Assembly (NCBI GenBank): GCA_035084275.1
Contig: CM068756.1
Span: 1,302,001 to 1,366,000 of the forward strand
Length of the DNA stretch: 64,000 nt
Direction: 5' to 3'
Source: Hydrolagus colliei
Lineage: Eukaryota
Shown here piece after piece: positions 38,611 to 50,513 of the stretch. The notes under the pieces are model-generated. The model was given only the letters and a program-made list of their open reading frames with translations. It did no database searches and was not told the DNA's origin. Position 1 is the first letter of the stretch, and every line of letters begins with the position of its first letter. A program made the translations under genes and the position numbers.

Positions 38611-40204
38611 GTTGATACTTGGCTTCACCGGACCCATTTAACAAACAGCCTGGATCTTGTGCATGGGAAGGTGACAGGGTGGGCGTTGTGGACAGATGAG
38701 ATCAGTGGACCAAAGTCCTTCTTCATTTTAGTACGTATACCTTGTTGACTAGGACATTTTCTCTTTATTCCTATCCCCTCCCCCCTCTGATGGAAATTAT
38801 CCAGTGGTGGGTATTGATATTTGGGGGAGCATAAAATCTGCCACTTCACCCCATCCAGTTAAACAGTCCGCCATTGTCTCACTGCCGGCACTCACACATA
38901 TAGAGTGGTCAATGAACGGCTTCTCATTGTAGTGTGTGATCGTACCTCAGAGTGACCCAACAAAAAATACAACAAAATTACATTTGTATAGCGCCTTTCA
39001 CATCACGCCGCTGATATCACCACAATGTGGAGAGAAAGACAATGTACACACCAACTAGATCCAGTATCACTTTGGATCTAACAAGGATACATAGTCGACT
39101 TCAACGCGAGCAAGTTCACAGATTACGTACAAACTTAAAGATATGAAATGATGCCAAGAAAGTGTTACTGTCTTTACTGCTCATAGAAATTCCTTTAAGT
39201 TTCTGTTTTAAGCAATGAAGTAGCAAACAGTTTGCTACCCCAGCCAATGTCAATCTATCCTTAAAGAATAATAAACAGCTATTAAATTGGCTGAATGATA
39301 AAAGATAATTAAAAAGGGGACAACAGTAGTGTAGAAAAAAATCTGGAAAAAGTACAATGTAAATGGTAGCAATTTTGGGGGCAGTTCAGTGATAAATCTG
39401 CATGATTCCGAGCCAAAGCAGAATTATCTTTTAATCCTTCACCTGTGCAAGACAACATCAGCAAACTTTTGATAAAAGGCTGGTTACGTGCTCTGCCAAA
39501 TAAAAGGATACTCTCAACGCTCGTAAAGATAAATCCCTGGGGAGTGGGGTGTGTGGGGGCATGCGGACAAGTCTGTTCCAGCCTTTGAATTTAGAACTTT
39601 TCTATGGGAACTAAGCGTTCATTCCAGAAATCGTCAGCTGGGAACCACTGGCAGGAGCTGAGAGGAGGAGTAGCGCTCAAAACGGGTTTTAATTTATACC
39701 ACACAAGAAAACAAAACAAAAACAGAAACAGGACTTTTAAGGCCCGATTTCCACGGACAAGAGTTAATTTTAGCTTTGGCGACATTGGGGGTTTTGCAAG
39801 GAGTCAGGGACTGGCTCTCTCAGGCTCTTTCTCAGTGTGAGCCCTGAACTCAGCGACCCAGGCATTTTAGCAAATGTTCTTGTGTGCCCCGCACTCTCAG
39901 AGCATTGCCGTTTTGAACAACCACGTACGCGCATTGTCTCCACGCTCACAATCAACACATGGCTTGGGTAGAAAAGCCTCTTAATGAAGGGATGTATTCC
40001 CAACGACTGGTCAATACCTAAGCCCTGAAATTGATTGATAATAATTACAAATGACAGTCCGTTAGCTCAGCTCCAAAGACCAAACTTTGTCAAATGGAAC
40101 GAATGGCATTGTTTGTTGGAAAGGGCTTCCATCTTTTACAACCGGATTTTGCCATTTCTGATCTTTGGTGGGATGTAACACACAAATAAAAACAATAACT
40201 AAAG

Positions 40205-40364
40205 GGGTCATTCAATCCACGACTGTGTGTTGGACACTGCTGTGTGTAATCGGCTACTGCGTTTCGCCCACTGTCGATTCACTTCACAATATATTCTGTG
40301 AAGCGCAATGAGACGCCTGGAAGACGTGAAAAGCGCTATAGCGAGTACAAGGATTATTATTATA
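40205..40364 (+). mobile_element. SINE 3' half
   Basis: GGTCATTCAATCCACGACTGT...GACGTGAAAAGCGCTATA...CAAGGATTATTATTATA. Confidence 0.9.
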
Positions 40365-41651
40365 TTAACGTTATTTGGGCACGAGCAATCCATCTGAAGC
40401 TACTGTCAGCAAAAGCTGCGGTTGGTCAGGGCTGCGCAGCTTACTGCTGAGGTTTTGTTGAACATTGACAGTAAAAGTTTTCAAGTGCGGTAATAACAAC
40501 CTGCCTTTCACGTAGTTAAAGGTCTCATTTTAAGGGACGCTCCGCCCGTGTGCTTATATTGTTCACTAATCCTCGTTGACCGCCTTAGACACGGTTTAGA
40601 GATTTCAATCACAAGAACCTCAGTGCTTTCCTTCCCCACCCCAAAAAAACATACCCGACCCTCTCTTTCTCTCAGTTGAAGCATCACACGTGTTCCAGCA
40701 TGGGTTGGGTTGGTATTTCTGACATGAAACTTGCACAAGAACGAGATGCAAGGGATGCATGCAGTCAGTCTTTTGTTTACTCTTCTGAACAGGGTGCTCC
40801 ATGGTACTTTAGCTTTCCTTGAAGAGCCGTGGACCTGACAAGCATGGGGCGGGTGGTTTGGATCGTGAGCTCTACGGGAAGCCTGGGCACGGTGCTGTTG
40901 ATGGCACGGCTCTATCTACCCTCATCATTAACCTGTTGACATCAGGCAGAGGTCGGTTTACAGGTCACCCCCAACGGTGACGCTTAGCGGCACGCAGAAC
41001 CGCCCAAGACTTCTAGACTGCGTGATTCCTCCCAGAGAGAGATTCGGGTCACCTGTCTTTCAACAGAAGCCTCCTCTGAAAGAGCCTGCACATGAAGAAC
41101 ATATCAGCAGTCACCTTGGGGACTCCAGGCCACACACTCCACCTTTACCACTTCAAGGCTTCCACCCAAAGGGCCCCGACAGCGCTGCGCTGTGTGTGCC
41201 ACGACTGCGCTCTGTGTGCAGCCGTCCACAATCTGAAACCGTCGAGCAGCAACAGTCACGCGCTGAGCGTTTACTGCAAATTTGCTAAATATTATTGAAT
41301 AGAGGCACTGACTGGACATCACACCAACAATGCTTCCACTTGTTGCCGGCACACATCTATTCTTGGGTGGACTGAACCAAGAGCCTTTTTAACTGGCTTT
41401 TAAGCATTGCCGTCAGTTGCCCCAGCAGTGGCAGTACAATTTACTGACTGAAGTGAAATTGGGCCGATTCAAAACCTTCATTGTGCCAGAAGCAACAGTC
41501 TTGCATTGTAGTGAGCAAAGATGATTATGTGGCATTGGCTGAGGGACAAATGGACAAATTATTATGAAAAGGCTAAAAAATATTCCCTCAACATCATTTG
41601 AGGTTACCCTCCAATTGGGCTGGCATGCGAGATGATCCACTCGTTTCCATC

Positions 41652-41788
41652 AAAAAAACAAATTGCATTTATATAGTGCCTTTCAGTCAGTCAAACAGTC
41701 AATTAGTCAATTAATCAATCAATCAATCAATCAATCAACCAATCTGTAGCGCCTTTCATGTCGAGAGGACATCCCGAGGTGCTGGGCA
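41652..41788 (-). mobile_element. L2 tail fragments split by an (AATC)n microsatellite
   Basis: CAAATTGCATTTATATAGTGCCTTTCA...(AATC)n...GTAGCGCCTTTCATGTCGAGAGGACATCCCGAGGTGCTGG. Confidence 0.7.
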
Positions 41789-42040
41789 ACAATAAGATCT
41801 GTTATCAATAAGATAAGAAGGGGCCGAAACGCCCTCCTGGTTGTTGCCTTAGGGCTCTGAAGTCTTAAAATTGAACATTGGAAAACAATTTGCTGCTATC
41901 ATAATTTGGAAGCCGTCTTTCTGTGATGCGTTTGGTTTTAAAACAACAACTTCTGAAATAAGATCAATTCATTACTAATTACTAAATTATCACACAGTCC
42001 CCAGTCTTTCAAAAGGCAAAGACCACAGTCATCAGATGGG

Positions 42041-42145
42041 ACGTTTCGCCCACAAAATATACAGTCAATTCACTTCACAGTATATTCCATGAAGCGCTTT
42101 GAGCCGTGATCAGGCACCATATCAAACGCAAGGATTATTATTATA
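42041..42145 (+). mobile_element. SINE 3' fragment
   Basis: CGTTTCGCCCACAAAATATACAGTCAATTCACTTCACAG...GCAAGGATTATTATTATA. Confidence 0.9.
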
Positions 42146-42206
42146 GATCAGACTAGATGGGCCGAATGGCCTCCTTTTGTGCCATAAAATTCTATGATTC
42201 TATGAT
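42146..42206 (+). mobile_element. CR1-clade 3' terminus
   Basis: AGACTAGATGGGCCGAATGGCCTCC...ATTCTATGATTCTATGA: CR1 3' hairpin plus (ATTCTATG)n octamer. Confidence 0.85.
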
Positions 42207-44952
42207 CAACACTGGGGCTAATCCAAAACCAGACCCTATCAGGTAAGGTCCACTAGGAACAGAAGCTCTCAAGCTTCTTTCACATAGGCTAACGGCTCAA
42301 AGAGGGCTTCAGAGAGATGGATGGCATGGGACTCGCCATCCCCGTAGAGTCACAGAACGAGTTAAGTACAAGAGAAAGTCGTCCTCTGACTACCTCTCTG
42401 ATAGAAGCACGAGCGGCTGCACACGCTCAAAACATGACTTCGGATTTGCCAGTTTGCCCAAGGAAATTACTTTAGTGCTGACCCGTAAATCCAGGCCGTC
42501 TTTGTTTTAACAAGTGAGGGACCTTTGGCTGGTTTTATGGCAGAGCCCCAACCACACAAAGAGTCTCAGGTTTTAACTGAAATCATAATGATTATGCAGA
42601 CGGAAATTAAATATTGTATCAGTGGAGGAAATTTTCATAACTGAAACCTTTTGAGGCCAATTCAAGTTCTCTCTGCCAACATTGCTCACTAATCTTTTTG
42701 CCCACTGATGGGGCTTTTTTTTATATATGGTTGATTATCAGATTAATCAGATCAAGATGCCCAGGAATGTGAGCCAACGCATCTCGGTTGAATAATACTG
42801 AAACATAACTATTGCCCGAAGAGGGGACAAGGCCATTAACATCAAAGCAATATGTTGACCCCCAGGGACAAAATATTTAGCTTTTTTAAATGTATATGAA
42901 AAAAACATATTTTTTAAATCACCATACAGGGAAAAAATATATAAATAAAAAGAGTTGGAATAACACAAGATCTAATGTTGGGAAAAAATCACGGTTGAGG
43001 TTCCAGGCTTTGCAGCAAAATTGGTTTTAGTGGATGGGGAAAGGAGCCATCTTTTCGAAGACAAGTATGGTATTCATAGGTCTTCAGTCACCAGTGTTTT
43101 GAATCTCTACCTTGGAAAGGGTGAAACTAACCAATAGCCCTTGAATCCCTGATCCCCGTCTCATTCACAATCCAGGTAAACTGCGACAAGGTGCAAGCTA
43201 ACTCCTCAATAACTGGTCTGACTAGATTTTGAGGATGATGGGGCAACTTGTGGGGATGTCAGCTGGCAACAGCTTCAGCACCGTCGAACAACAACAACAA
43301 CAACTTCATCGAAGGATTGGAGTGTGTGAAAGCACAGTCCTGCTCAAGTCAAAACCAGATAGTATCACTGGCTGATATCACAAATAGCTTTTTATAACAA
43401 AAGCTTAATGGGAGTCACATTTAATCCTGTTTGAGGTAAAATCACGGAGAGTGTGACAATGGCGCACGCATGCTCTGGATTATTTTATAAAATCATCCCT
43501 TTTTATTTCTCTCTCTCCTATTCATCTATTTCCCCGCAACCCCCAACACCTCTCGAGACCCATTACTGGTATACAGTTTACCACAGCATAAACAATGAAG
43601 CAATATGTCCATCCCTCTCGCTCAGGCACACTACAGCTCAGCTTTGCCTACGCGCTGCTCTTAAGTCTGAGCTCGCAACAAAGCTGAGGGTGAGTAATAA
43701 AAACGGAAGTCGCTGAAAACAAGTGTTCCCAGGAACTTCTGTTTTTTTCTTTCAGATTTACAGCATCTGTAGTATTTTGCTATTTGTGGGGGTAACTAAC
43801 ACATTACTAAAGACATCTGCTAATTTCTTTAGATATAAAATCCATTTTTTTAAAAAAAGGTTTTTAAAAAAATACATAGCTGTTCCCTAATGAGCAATAA
43901 TAGCTTGGCTCCTTTTCACTTCTGGTCAGGTCATGGGTTAAACCCAACAAGCTAATAAGGTTGGATTGCTAATAGCGCACTTGGAACAAAAAAAATTAGC
44001 CAGAGTTGGCCCGTTGTAACTTCCCACAGTGGATCATAAATTTAAAAAGGTGAGTGTATTTTTGCACAAAGATCACACTCTCAGCATTGTGGTGCTTTCA
44101 GCAAACAGCATCAAGTGCCAACACCAACATAGCCAGGCTTTATTTGGAAACGAGTGTCGATGTGTGTGGCCTCCAGTCCCCGGAACGCACAGCAACATCG
44201 CCCTCCCTGGCAGCTCTCCTCAGCTCAGCGCTCTGGCAGCGATTTCGACCCGGAGGAACCCGAGCACGTCCCTCAAACAGCCGGGGCGACCAGAGACGTG
44301 GCTGGCCCTCCTCTGCCAAATCAACTCTCTCTAAAATATTCATTGGACTCATCAAGGAACCGTTTAGTGCAGAACCATCGTGCCCTTGGATCAGCCAGTC
44401 AAAATGGAAATGGCTCTGTTCAGAAGGGGTTACCTGCCGGGTCACTTTAAATAAATATTGCAGTGGCCAGCTGCATACTGCACTCGTCCCATGGTGCTCC
44501 ACTATTGGACTATTCTCAGTCTGGAGCTCGGGAAGGGAGACTAGGTTCAGAATTAGCATTTTCAGCCGAGTTTTTCCCCTTTCTCTCCTCCTCTATGTTC
44601 TAATGAACGCACCTGGAAAGAAGCAGCTGCTAAATATTGCAATATTCCGCCTTCCACGGTGAGAGTTTAAACTCTCGGTCACAAAATAAACCCAAATATG
44701 TTAACACTCCAGTGTTCCCATTGATATTGATGTACAATTGATATAGTCTTCTTCCTGTTTGTACTCAATCGATATCAAACATACTCTAGTAAATGAAGCA
44801 TTTGTGACACCAGCATAACCCGAGAGGCAACATAAATTCTGTTCGAGTCTAGGTAGGGCCTTTAAGCAGGTGAACGGAACACAAACGTTAGGGCTTTCTT
44901 TCGGAGGGACCAGTTATGTGAGAGTACAGCGAGGGAACCAATCATCACTTAC

Positions 44953-45184
44953 CCGTCTCGGCAGCAGGACACTTGCGGATGGTGAAGATTTGCCCGAGAT
45001 CGTCCTCGTCCTCCGGCAATCCCTTCTGGAGCCGCTGTAGCTTGCGGACACTCTCGCTGCGTTGGTGTTTCATGGAGCGGACGTGCTGGATCAGGTTGAG
45101 CTTGGCCTTGGTAGAGTAGGTGCACAATGAGCAATGGTAGTAACATGCCTCACTCTCCACCATGCTGTCATGTTGCTGCAAGTG
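44953..45184 (-). CDS. ZFHX3: Internal coding exon of zinc finger homeobox protein 3 (ATBF1), 232 nt, phase 0 start / phase 1 end
   Basis: Translates [77 protein letters not shown](G), containing a C-x2-C-x12-H-x5-H zinc finger. Closely matches the ZFHX3 segment as I recall it ([43 protein letters not shown]) rather than ZFHX4. Acceptor: pyrimidine tract + AG at 45186-45185. Donor: G|GTAAGT at 44952-44947. 232 nt equals the orthologous human exon length as I recall it. Confidence 0.96.
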
Positions 45185-45394
45185 CTAAAAAACAAACAAG
45201 GGGGAAAAAATACCCAAATTTAAACACTGGCAGAAATACGCCAAGTACAATGTCACTAAAATACAACTGATCAACCGTTTGAGGAATATTTTTTATCTGT
45301 TTGTTACAATTGCTTTTTTACTGTCTTTCAACTCTTTCTTTTTATTGTTTTCCACAAGAAACACTTTGGGACCCAGCACATATTTCCTGGTGTC

Positions 45395-45578
45395 TACTCA
45401 CAGCCAATTTGCTCACAGCAATGTTTTATCAACAGCCATGCAGTGAATGACTAAAGCAGCACACTTATTGGGAGTGTCAGCCGAGACATTATGAGTTCAA
45501 ACTCCCGAAGTGGGGCGTAAACCCACAGCCTTTTGATTCGGAGGTGTTAATACTATCAACTGAGCCAGGCCGACACCT
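45395..45578 (-). mobile_element. Degenerate, internally deleted Deu-type SINE ~200 nt upstream of the exon acceptor
   Basis: Minus strand GTGTCGGCCTGGCTCAGTTGATAG...GGCTGTGGGTTTACGCCCCACT...GGCTGACACTCCC...TTGCTGTGAGCAAATTGGCTG. Confidence 0.65.
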
Positions 45579-46725
45579 GATACGCTTCGATTAAAAGGAG
45601 GAAAAGGAGGGAGGGAAAAGTGGTAGATTGGTTCTGCCTTCACCTGCACGTCCTCAACCCCGAAAATCTATTCCAAGTTGTTATTGACCACAAACCACAG
45701 CTCATTCTGCACAACACTAATTCAAAGGCTCTCCAGTCATGCCATTTGCAAGATGCAAATTCCAATCTAGGACACATGACAATTTGACGCAAATAAATCC
45801 AATGCTCGGTTTATTCATATACAACAGCTGAGAACCAAACGTTACCAGACAACATACTGTACAAATTAGCACAGAAATTTAATTTGGATTATTAACTGAA
45901 AATAAGTGCTCCGCATTAGAATGCGTACTAAAATAAAACTTTTTTTTAACACTTTACTACCAAAAGGCAATGGCTTGCATTACCAATGACTCCTAACTAT
46001 TGTAAATGTCTAAGAACATGGAACGACCCCCACGACAAAATTTGATCCTTTTGTTTTAAGTAATAGCTCAGCAGCTTCACATGTGACACAATAGTGGTGT
46101 TATCAAGTTACAAAGGCAGCAACAGGGACAGATACAGAAAACTGGCAAAGTTGTGGGAATACATGAAGAGTCTTTCCAAGACTAAATCTCTGGTCACTTT
46201 GGTGCCTTGAAACTGCTGCCAGTCATGGTAAGCCAAGCCTGTATTACTACGTTGTTAAAATAGTGGACTTGGAATTGGTAAGCTATGGAAATAAACTAGT
46301 TGTTAGGGGTACATTGGATCACTAGTAAACAACATCATTGTGGTTTGGGACAGGAGCGAGGCATCGATATATGGGAGAATATTTGGGTTTGAACTAATAT
46401 TTTTTTGAGAAACAATTTTAGGGGCAAAGATTTTCTTCTATGAGTCGGGTTAGGGCGAGTTTCATCAAAATCCCCAGCTCAGAGTTCAGTAAATTTACTG
46501 AGGGGAGTGAGTGACGGTGAGGAATCCACCTCCTTTGCTTTTACTTCAAGGTTGGCTGAAAATCCAACACCATATATTGGTCGCGGACATGAAACCAAAA
46601 TTGCACTTCTTTTCTCAATAACTGAGGTAGCATCAAATCCAATTTTTGTAGCCACTTTCAAGCTGGCAAGGCAAAGGCAAATTCATGACATAGCTGACTG
46701 ACTGAGAACCCAAGTCGAGAGAGGG

Positions 46726-46900
46726 TCAACGGTAGTCGAAAACCCGGTTGAAAAGATAGGTCTTCAGGGTGGGTTTTGAACTAGGGGAGGTAGAGATGGA
46801 GATGGCAAGACAGGAAGCATAGGGGCTCCAGAGAGCAGTGACAGAACAGCTGGAAGCACGTCCACTGGTGGTGGGTGGATTGGACGGGGCACATGAAGCA
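46726..46900 (-). mobile_element. L2 ORF2 C-terminal relic
   Basis: ORF track peptide PTTSGRASSCSVTALW...LKTYLFNRVF is a decayed GGRAFS..AP.LWN...LKTYLF motif. Confidence 0.75.
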
Positions 46901-48662
46901 AACACATGATTGGCTAATTCCATTAAAAGACACAAAATTGAAATTTAGCTCATCCTGTACATTTTCAGAATTACTCACAGCTGGCTAATCAGCCTAAATA
47001 TTTTTATACTTTGTTCTTCCGCATAAACTGCTGGGTTTTAAAGTATTACGCATTCAAGGACAGCTTAATTTTACTACTACGTTTTTTTTAGAAAAAGGGC
47101 TAGTTCAACAGTTTGTACTTTGATCTTACACATCTATACCAGTGTTCATTAGCAATTACCCACTACAGTACCTCATAAACATCAAGCTTATAGCTTGCTT
47201 GAGCCGTAAGACAGGCTTCAGTATCCCCTTGAGGTTTATACAATGCTCATACGCAGCAGTGAAGAAACTAAACTAAATGCGTTCGATCTGTTCGGGGGCA
47301 GTGGGGAGGGGGAAAAACAAGAATCTTTTTATGTTGGGGCCCAACGTGTAATTGATGTTAGATTCGGCTTCAGAAATTACCATGAAAGGATTGTTTAAAG
47401 GAGTTCCCTTATTCATTCGCCCAATGGTGGTAATTGTGAACTACAAGCTATTTGGCCTTGCACAAGCCTTGCCATTGTGTACGTTGGGCTCACACCCAGC
47501 AACTCCTTAATGTATATTTGCTCAGTGTGAAAAAAGACATACCACTGCAAGAAGTCAAAGCAAATCGAAGGCACATATTTTTTTAGGTGGTGACCCCTTG
47601 CCTATCGTTTGATGACTGGGAGCGTTTTGTGTATATGTGGAGTCACAAACAGTTTGTTTCCATAAGACTAAGATACACAGCAATATATACCCTAGTTTGC
47701 TGAATCAATGGAAGCCTAAAATTTTCTCATGGTCTTGATATTTTTTATGCAGGTTTTAGAAAAACTTAGATCCCCTAGAAGTTCAGTCACTGGACTTTAC
47801 AAAAGCTTTGTGAAGTGCGTTGAGCGATTAGACTTTTAACAGAAGCTGTAGCAAACAGGGAAGGATTGTTATTCATTATTTGCGAGTTTTATGCATTTTT
47901 AAAAAAAATAGGTGGAAAAGCGGCTTCCAAATTAATCCCTAAAAAATTCCACACTGTCTTAAATCTTGAGACTTGGATCATGAGAGATTCCGAAGCTCTG
48001 GTCAGCCCCATGTTATTCTCAATGGTACAAACATTTTAAAACACAGCGCAGTTATATGATTCTCTGCTACCTTTCCTTACGGAGAGCACTGTTTCCAGCA
48101 AGCCATAAGTTACCCTTATTGAAGAAGGCGTGAGTTGCAACAACAAATTTTTGAACAAATAATTCACTCCTTCCGTGCAGTCAAAAGAAATGCCTGAGAA
48201 AAATAAAATATAGAAAAGCACACAAGATAGATTAAAATATCATTACCAAATTTGAGGTCTCAATGCTTCCTCTCTTCAAACAGACATAATTATTCTAACA
48301 GTTCCCACTAAATCCCTAATGCAATCGTAATACATTCTTTCTTTATGATTCCCTTAACTGATGCTGCTTTCTTCCTCCAAACATCAAATACTCTTACACG
48401 GCTGGGTTTAAATCTGCAGTAACATTTCTTTTGGACGGGGACAAAGGCTGATCAATTCACTTTCTCATTTTACAGACACGACCTAACCCGCATTTCAAGC
48501 CAATGGATTTTTTTTTGTCCTTTGTTTTCTTGCCGGGTTTGATGCATTAATAGCACAGGCAAGATGATATCATGTGCGTTGTGCAATTCGTTTTTTGTGG
48601 GAGGAGGGAGGGAGGGAGGAAGGTGGTTGCTGCTGCGATTCGAAATGAAACCTGCAAGATAT

Positions 48663-48815
48663 TTGGTTTGTGGGACGCTGCTGTGCCCAATTGGCTGCCA
48701 CATTCATTTCGCCCACAAAATACAGTCAATTCACTTTACAATATATTCCGTGAAGAGCTTTGAGACGTCTCAACCACGTGATAAAAGCGCTATATCAAAT
48801 GCAAGGGTTACTGTT
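48663..48815 (+). mobile_element. SINE 3' half
   Basis: TTTGTGGGACGCTGCTGTGCCCAATTGGCTGCC...GATAAAAGCGCTATATCAAATGCAAGGG. Confidence 0.9.
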
Positions 48816-49544
48816 GTTTTTATTAATATGTTGGGTCAACATCAAAGCACAAGTGAAGGTGGACTTTCTTTTAATTTCTTTTTTTTAAAAAAAAGCAACT
48901 TCCATCGCACGTAGCAAAAAAAATCACACTTTAAAAAAAATCTATACCCTTCTTTACGGTATTCCTGCTGCAACATACATAGGAAAACAGAAGACCTTGA
49001 GACTTCTCAGCTATCCACTGGGACTCACAAGCTGTCAAAGGTTACTTCCACACGCTATTCAAGTAAAATTTTAATTCAAAGATAGCAAAATGTAATTTGT
49101 TTGTACATTCTCTCCCCACCACCCCCATCAACCACCACCACCCTTAATAATTATAATGTAATCATCAGGGATCAAAATGTATTAAATTAAGCTCACGTCA
49201 AGTGCTTTTCTTAACCCACTGTGTACTGACACCTCATTTCTGCACCCAGGCATTCAGTGCAATAAGGCAACCATTTTTGAACTTATTCACAGAAGGCCAG
49301 CCTTCAATTAACTTTAATTTCTAGTCTGATTACTTTTATTCTCATTCCAGCTTCCATTTTTTATTATTATTATGGTAACTACCTTCTCTCAGCAATGGAT
49401 TTATTTGACTCCAGAAAAAACTGCTATCAAAGCAGTCAGCCTATCCAAAAAAACTGGCAGCTAAAGACAGATGGTTTCTCGATACAGATTATGTCCACAT
49501 AAAAAAAAACTGCAGTTATGTGGAGCGGGGAGGAACAGTGCGTT

Positions 49545-49860
49545 ATGTGCGTTAGAAGTGAAGACAGTCATTCACCTTTGGGACCTCGGTTTGAATCCAG
49601 CCTAGACAAAAGGGGGCGAAAGGTCTCCTCTCTCCAAAGGCCTTTATGGTTACAGGTGAAGTAAGTGCTGGCAATCTAAATGCAATTCCCCGCGGGTCCC
49701 GGCCCACCATACAACACTGCCCTGGACTTGACACTAATTAGAACTAATTCTGCAATCTCACCCCCAAAGTCCAAAAATAAGGAAAGAGTGATGAATGAAA
49801 ATGTCACTCTGGTGCCGTGTGTGGGCTGCTCTTTAAGCTTGTAATTGAGGTGCGCTGTTG
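49545..49860 (+). mobile_element. LF-SINE-like element
   Basis: TTCACCTTTGGGACCTCGGTTTGAATCCAGCCTAG (B box at 49588-49598), GTGAAGTAAGT, TTGACACTAATTAG, GCAATCTCA, TTGAGGTGCGCTG occur in the order I recall for the LF-SINE consensus. Confidence 0.6.
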
Positions 49861-50109
49861 AAATAACAATGAAGTCAAGGATGACCCACTATAATGCCGG
49901 ATCTCATTCAGGTTGGGTTTTGGAAAGAGAAATGCAGGCACTCTCATAAGCTACTTAAGGAATATCATGCAGAACTGAGTTATACTGCTGCTATTTACAA
50001 TATTCATCAATTAGGCAGAACCTCATTGCAATCCTTTTGTCTTTAGAATTGCTATTAATTTTTCATTGGTAATTAGCTGCCTGTTAAGGCATGATTCATC
50101 AGAACAGGA

Positions 50110-50250
50110 CCAACGCCTCATTGAAGGATGGCACCTCCAACAGTGCCATGTCCATTAACACCACTCTAGGGGCACTATTAGGTTCAAGCTTCAGTCTCTT
50201 AGATGCGGATGGAATTCGCAAATGGCTAGTTCAGAGGGAGTTCATTATCC
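50110..50250 (-). mobile_element. Deu-domain SINE fragment
   Basis: Minus strand GGCACTGTTGGAGGTGCCATCCTTCAATGAGGCG. Confidence 0.6.
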
Positions 50251-50475
50251 AGATTTATTCATGTACTTCCCGAGATTATTACTAAGCACATATAACCTCC
50301 CCCCACCCCACCCCCACCCACCCACGAAAGCACCATTTTAAAAAATGAGGTCCAAATTCACTAATGTGAAGAAGAAATAAGTGTGCGCTGAATGCAACTG
50401 TGGTGAGCGGTCAGAAATATCTAATCATCCAAATTGCACTGAGCCCTCTCTGCAAGTTCGATCATATTTTCTGTT

Positions 50476-50513
50476 CCCTCAGTTTAATTTACCCCTCAGT
50501 TTAATTTACCCTC
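50476..50513 (+). repeat. 17-bp perfect tandem duplication
   Basis: CCCTCAGTTTAATTTAC x2 + CCTC. Confidence 0.95.

Larger units (their letters stand above)
1..44952 (-). other. ZFHX3: ZFHX3 intron downstream of the exon (probably >44.9 kb; a short hidden exon cannot be excluded)
   Basis: Starts with GTAAGT donor. A manual check of many strong minus-strand acceptors found no open, acidic short exon like the next ZFHX3 exon; the scan was not exhaustive. Confidence 0.65.

Noticed and set aside
43274-43295. REST/NRSE-like TTCAGCACC (also TCAGCACCAC at ~56248)
   Set aside because: Only the left half-site is present; the GGACAG right half is missing or mis-spaced.
44054-44662. Longest ORFs in the window (202 aa plus strand; overlapping 139 aa minus strand 44140-44559)
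   Set aside because: No recognisable domain or ZFHX3 similarity and no convincing exon boundaries. Overlapping ORFs on both strands are expected in a locally GC-rich block.
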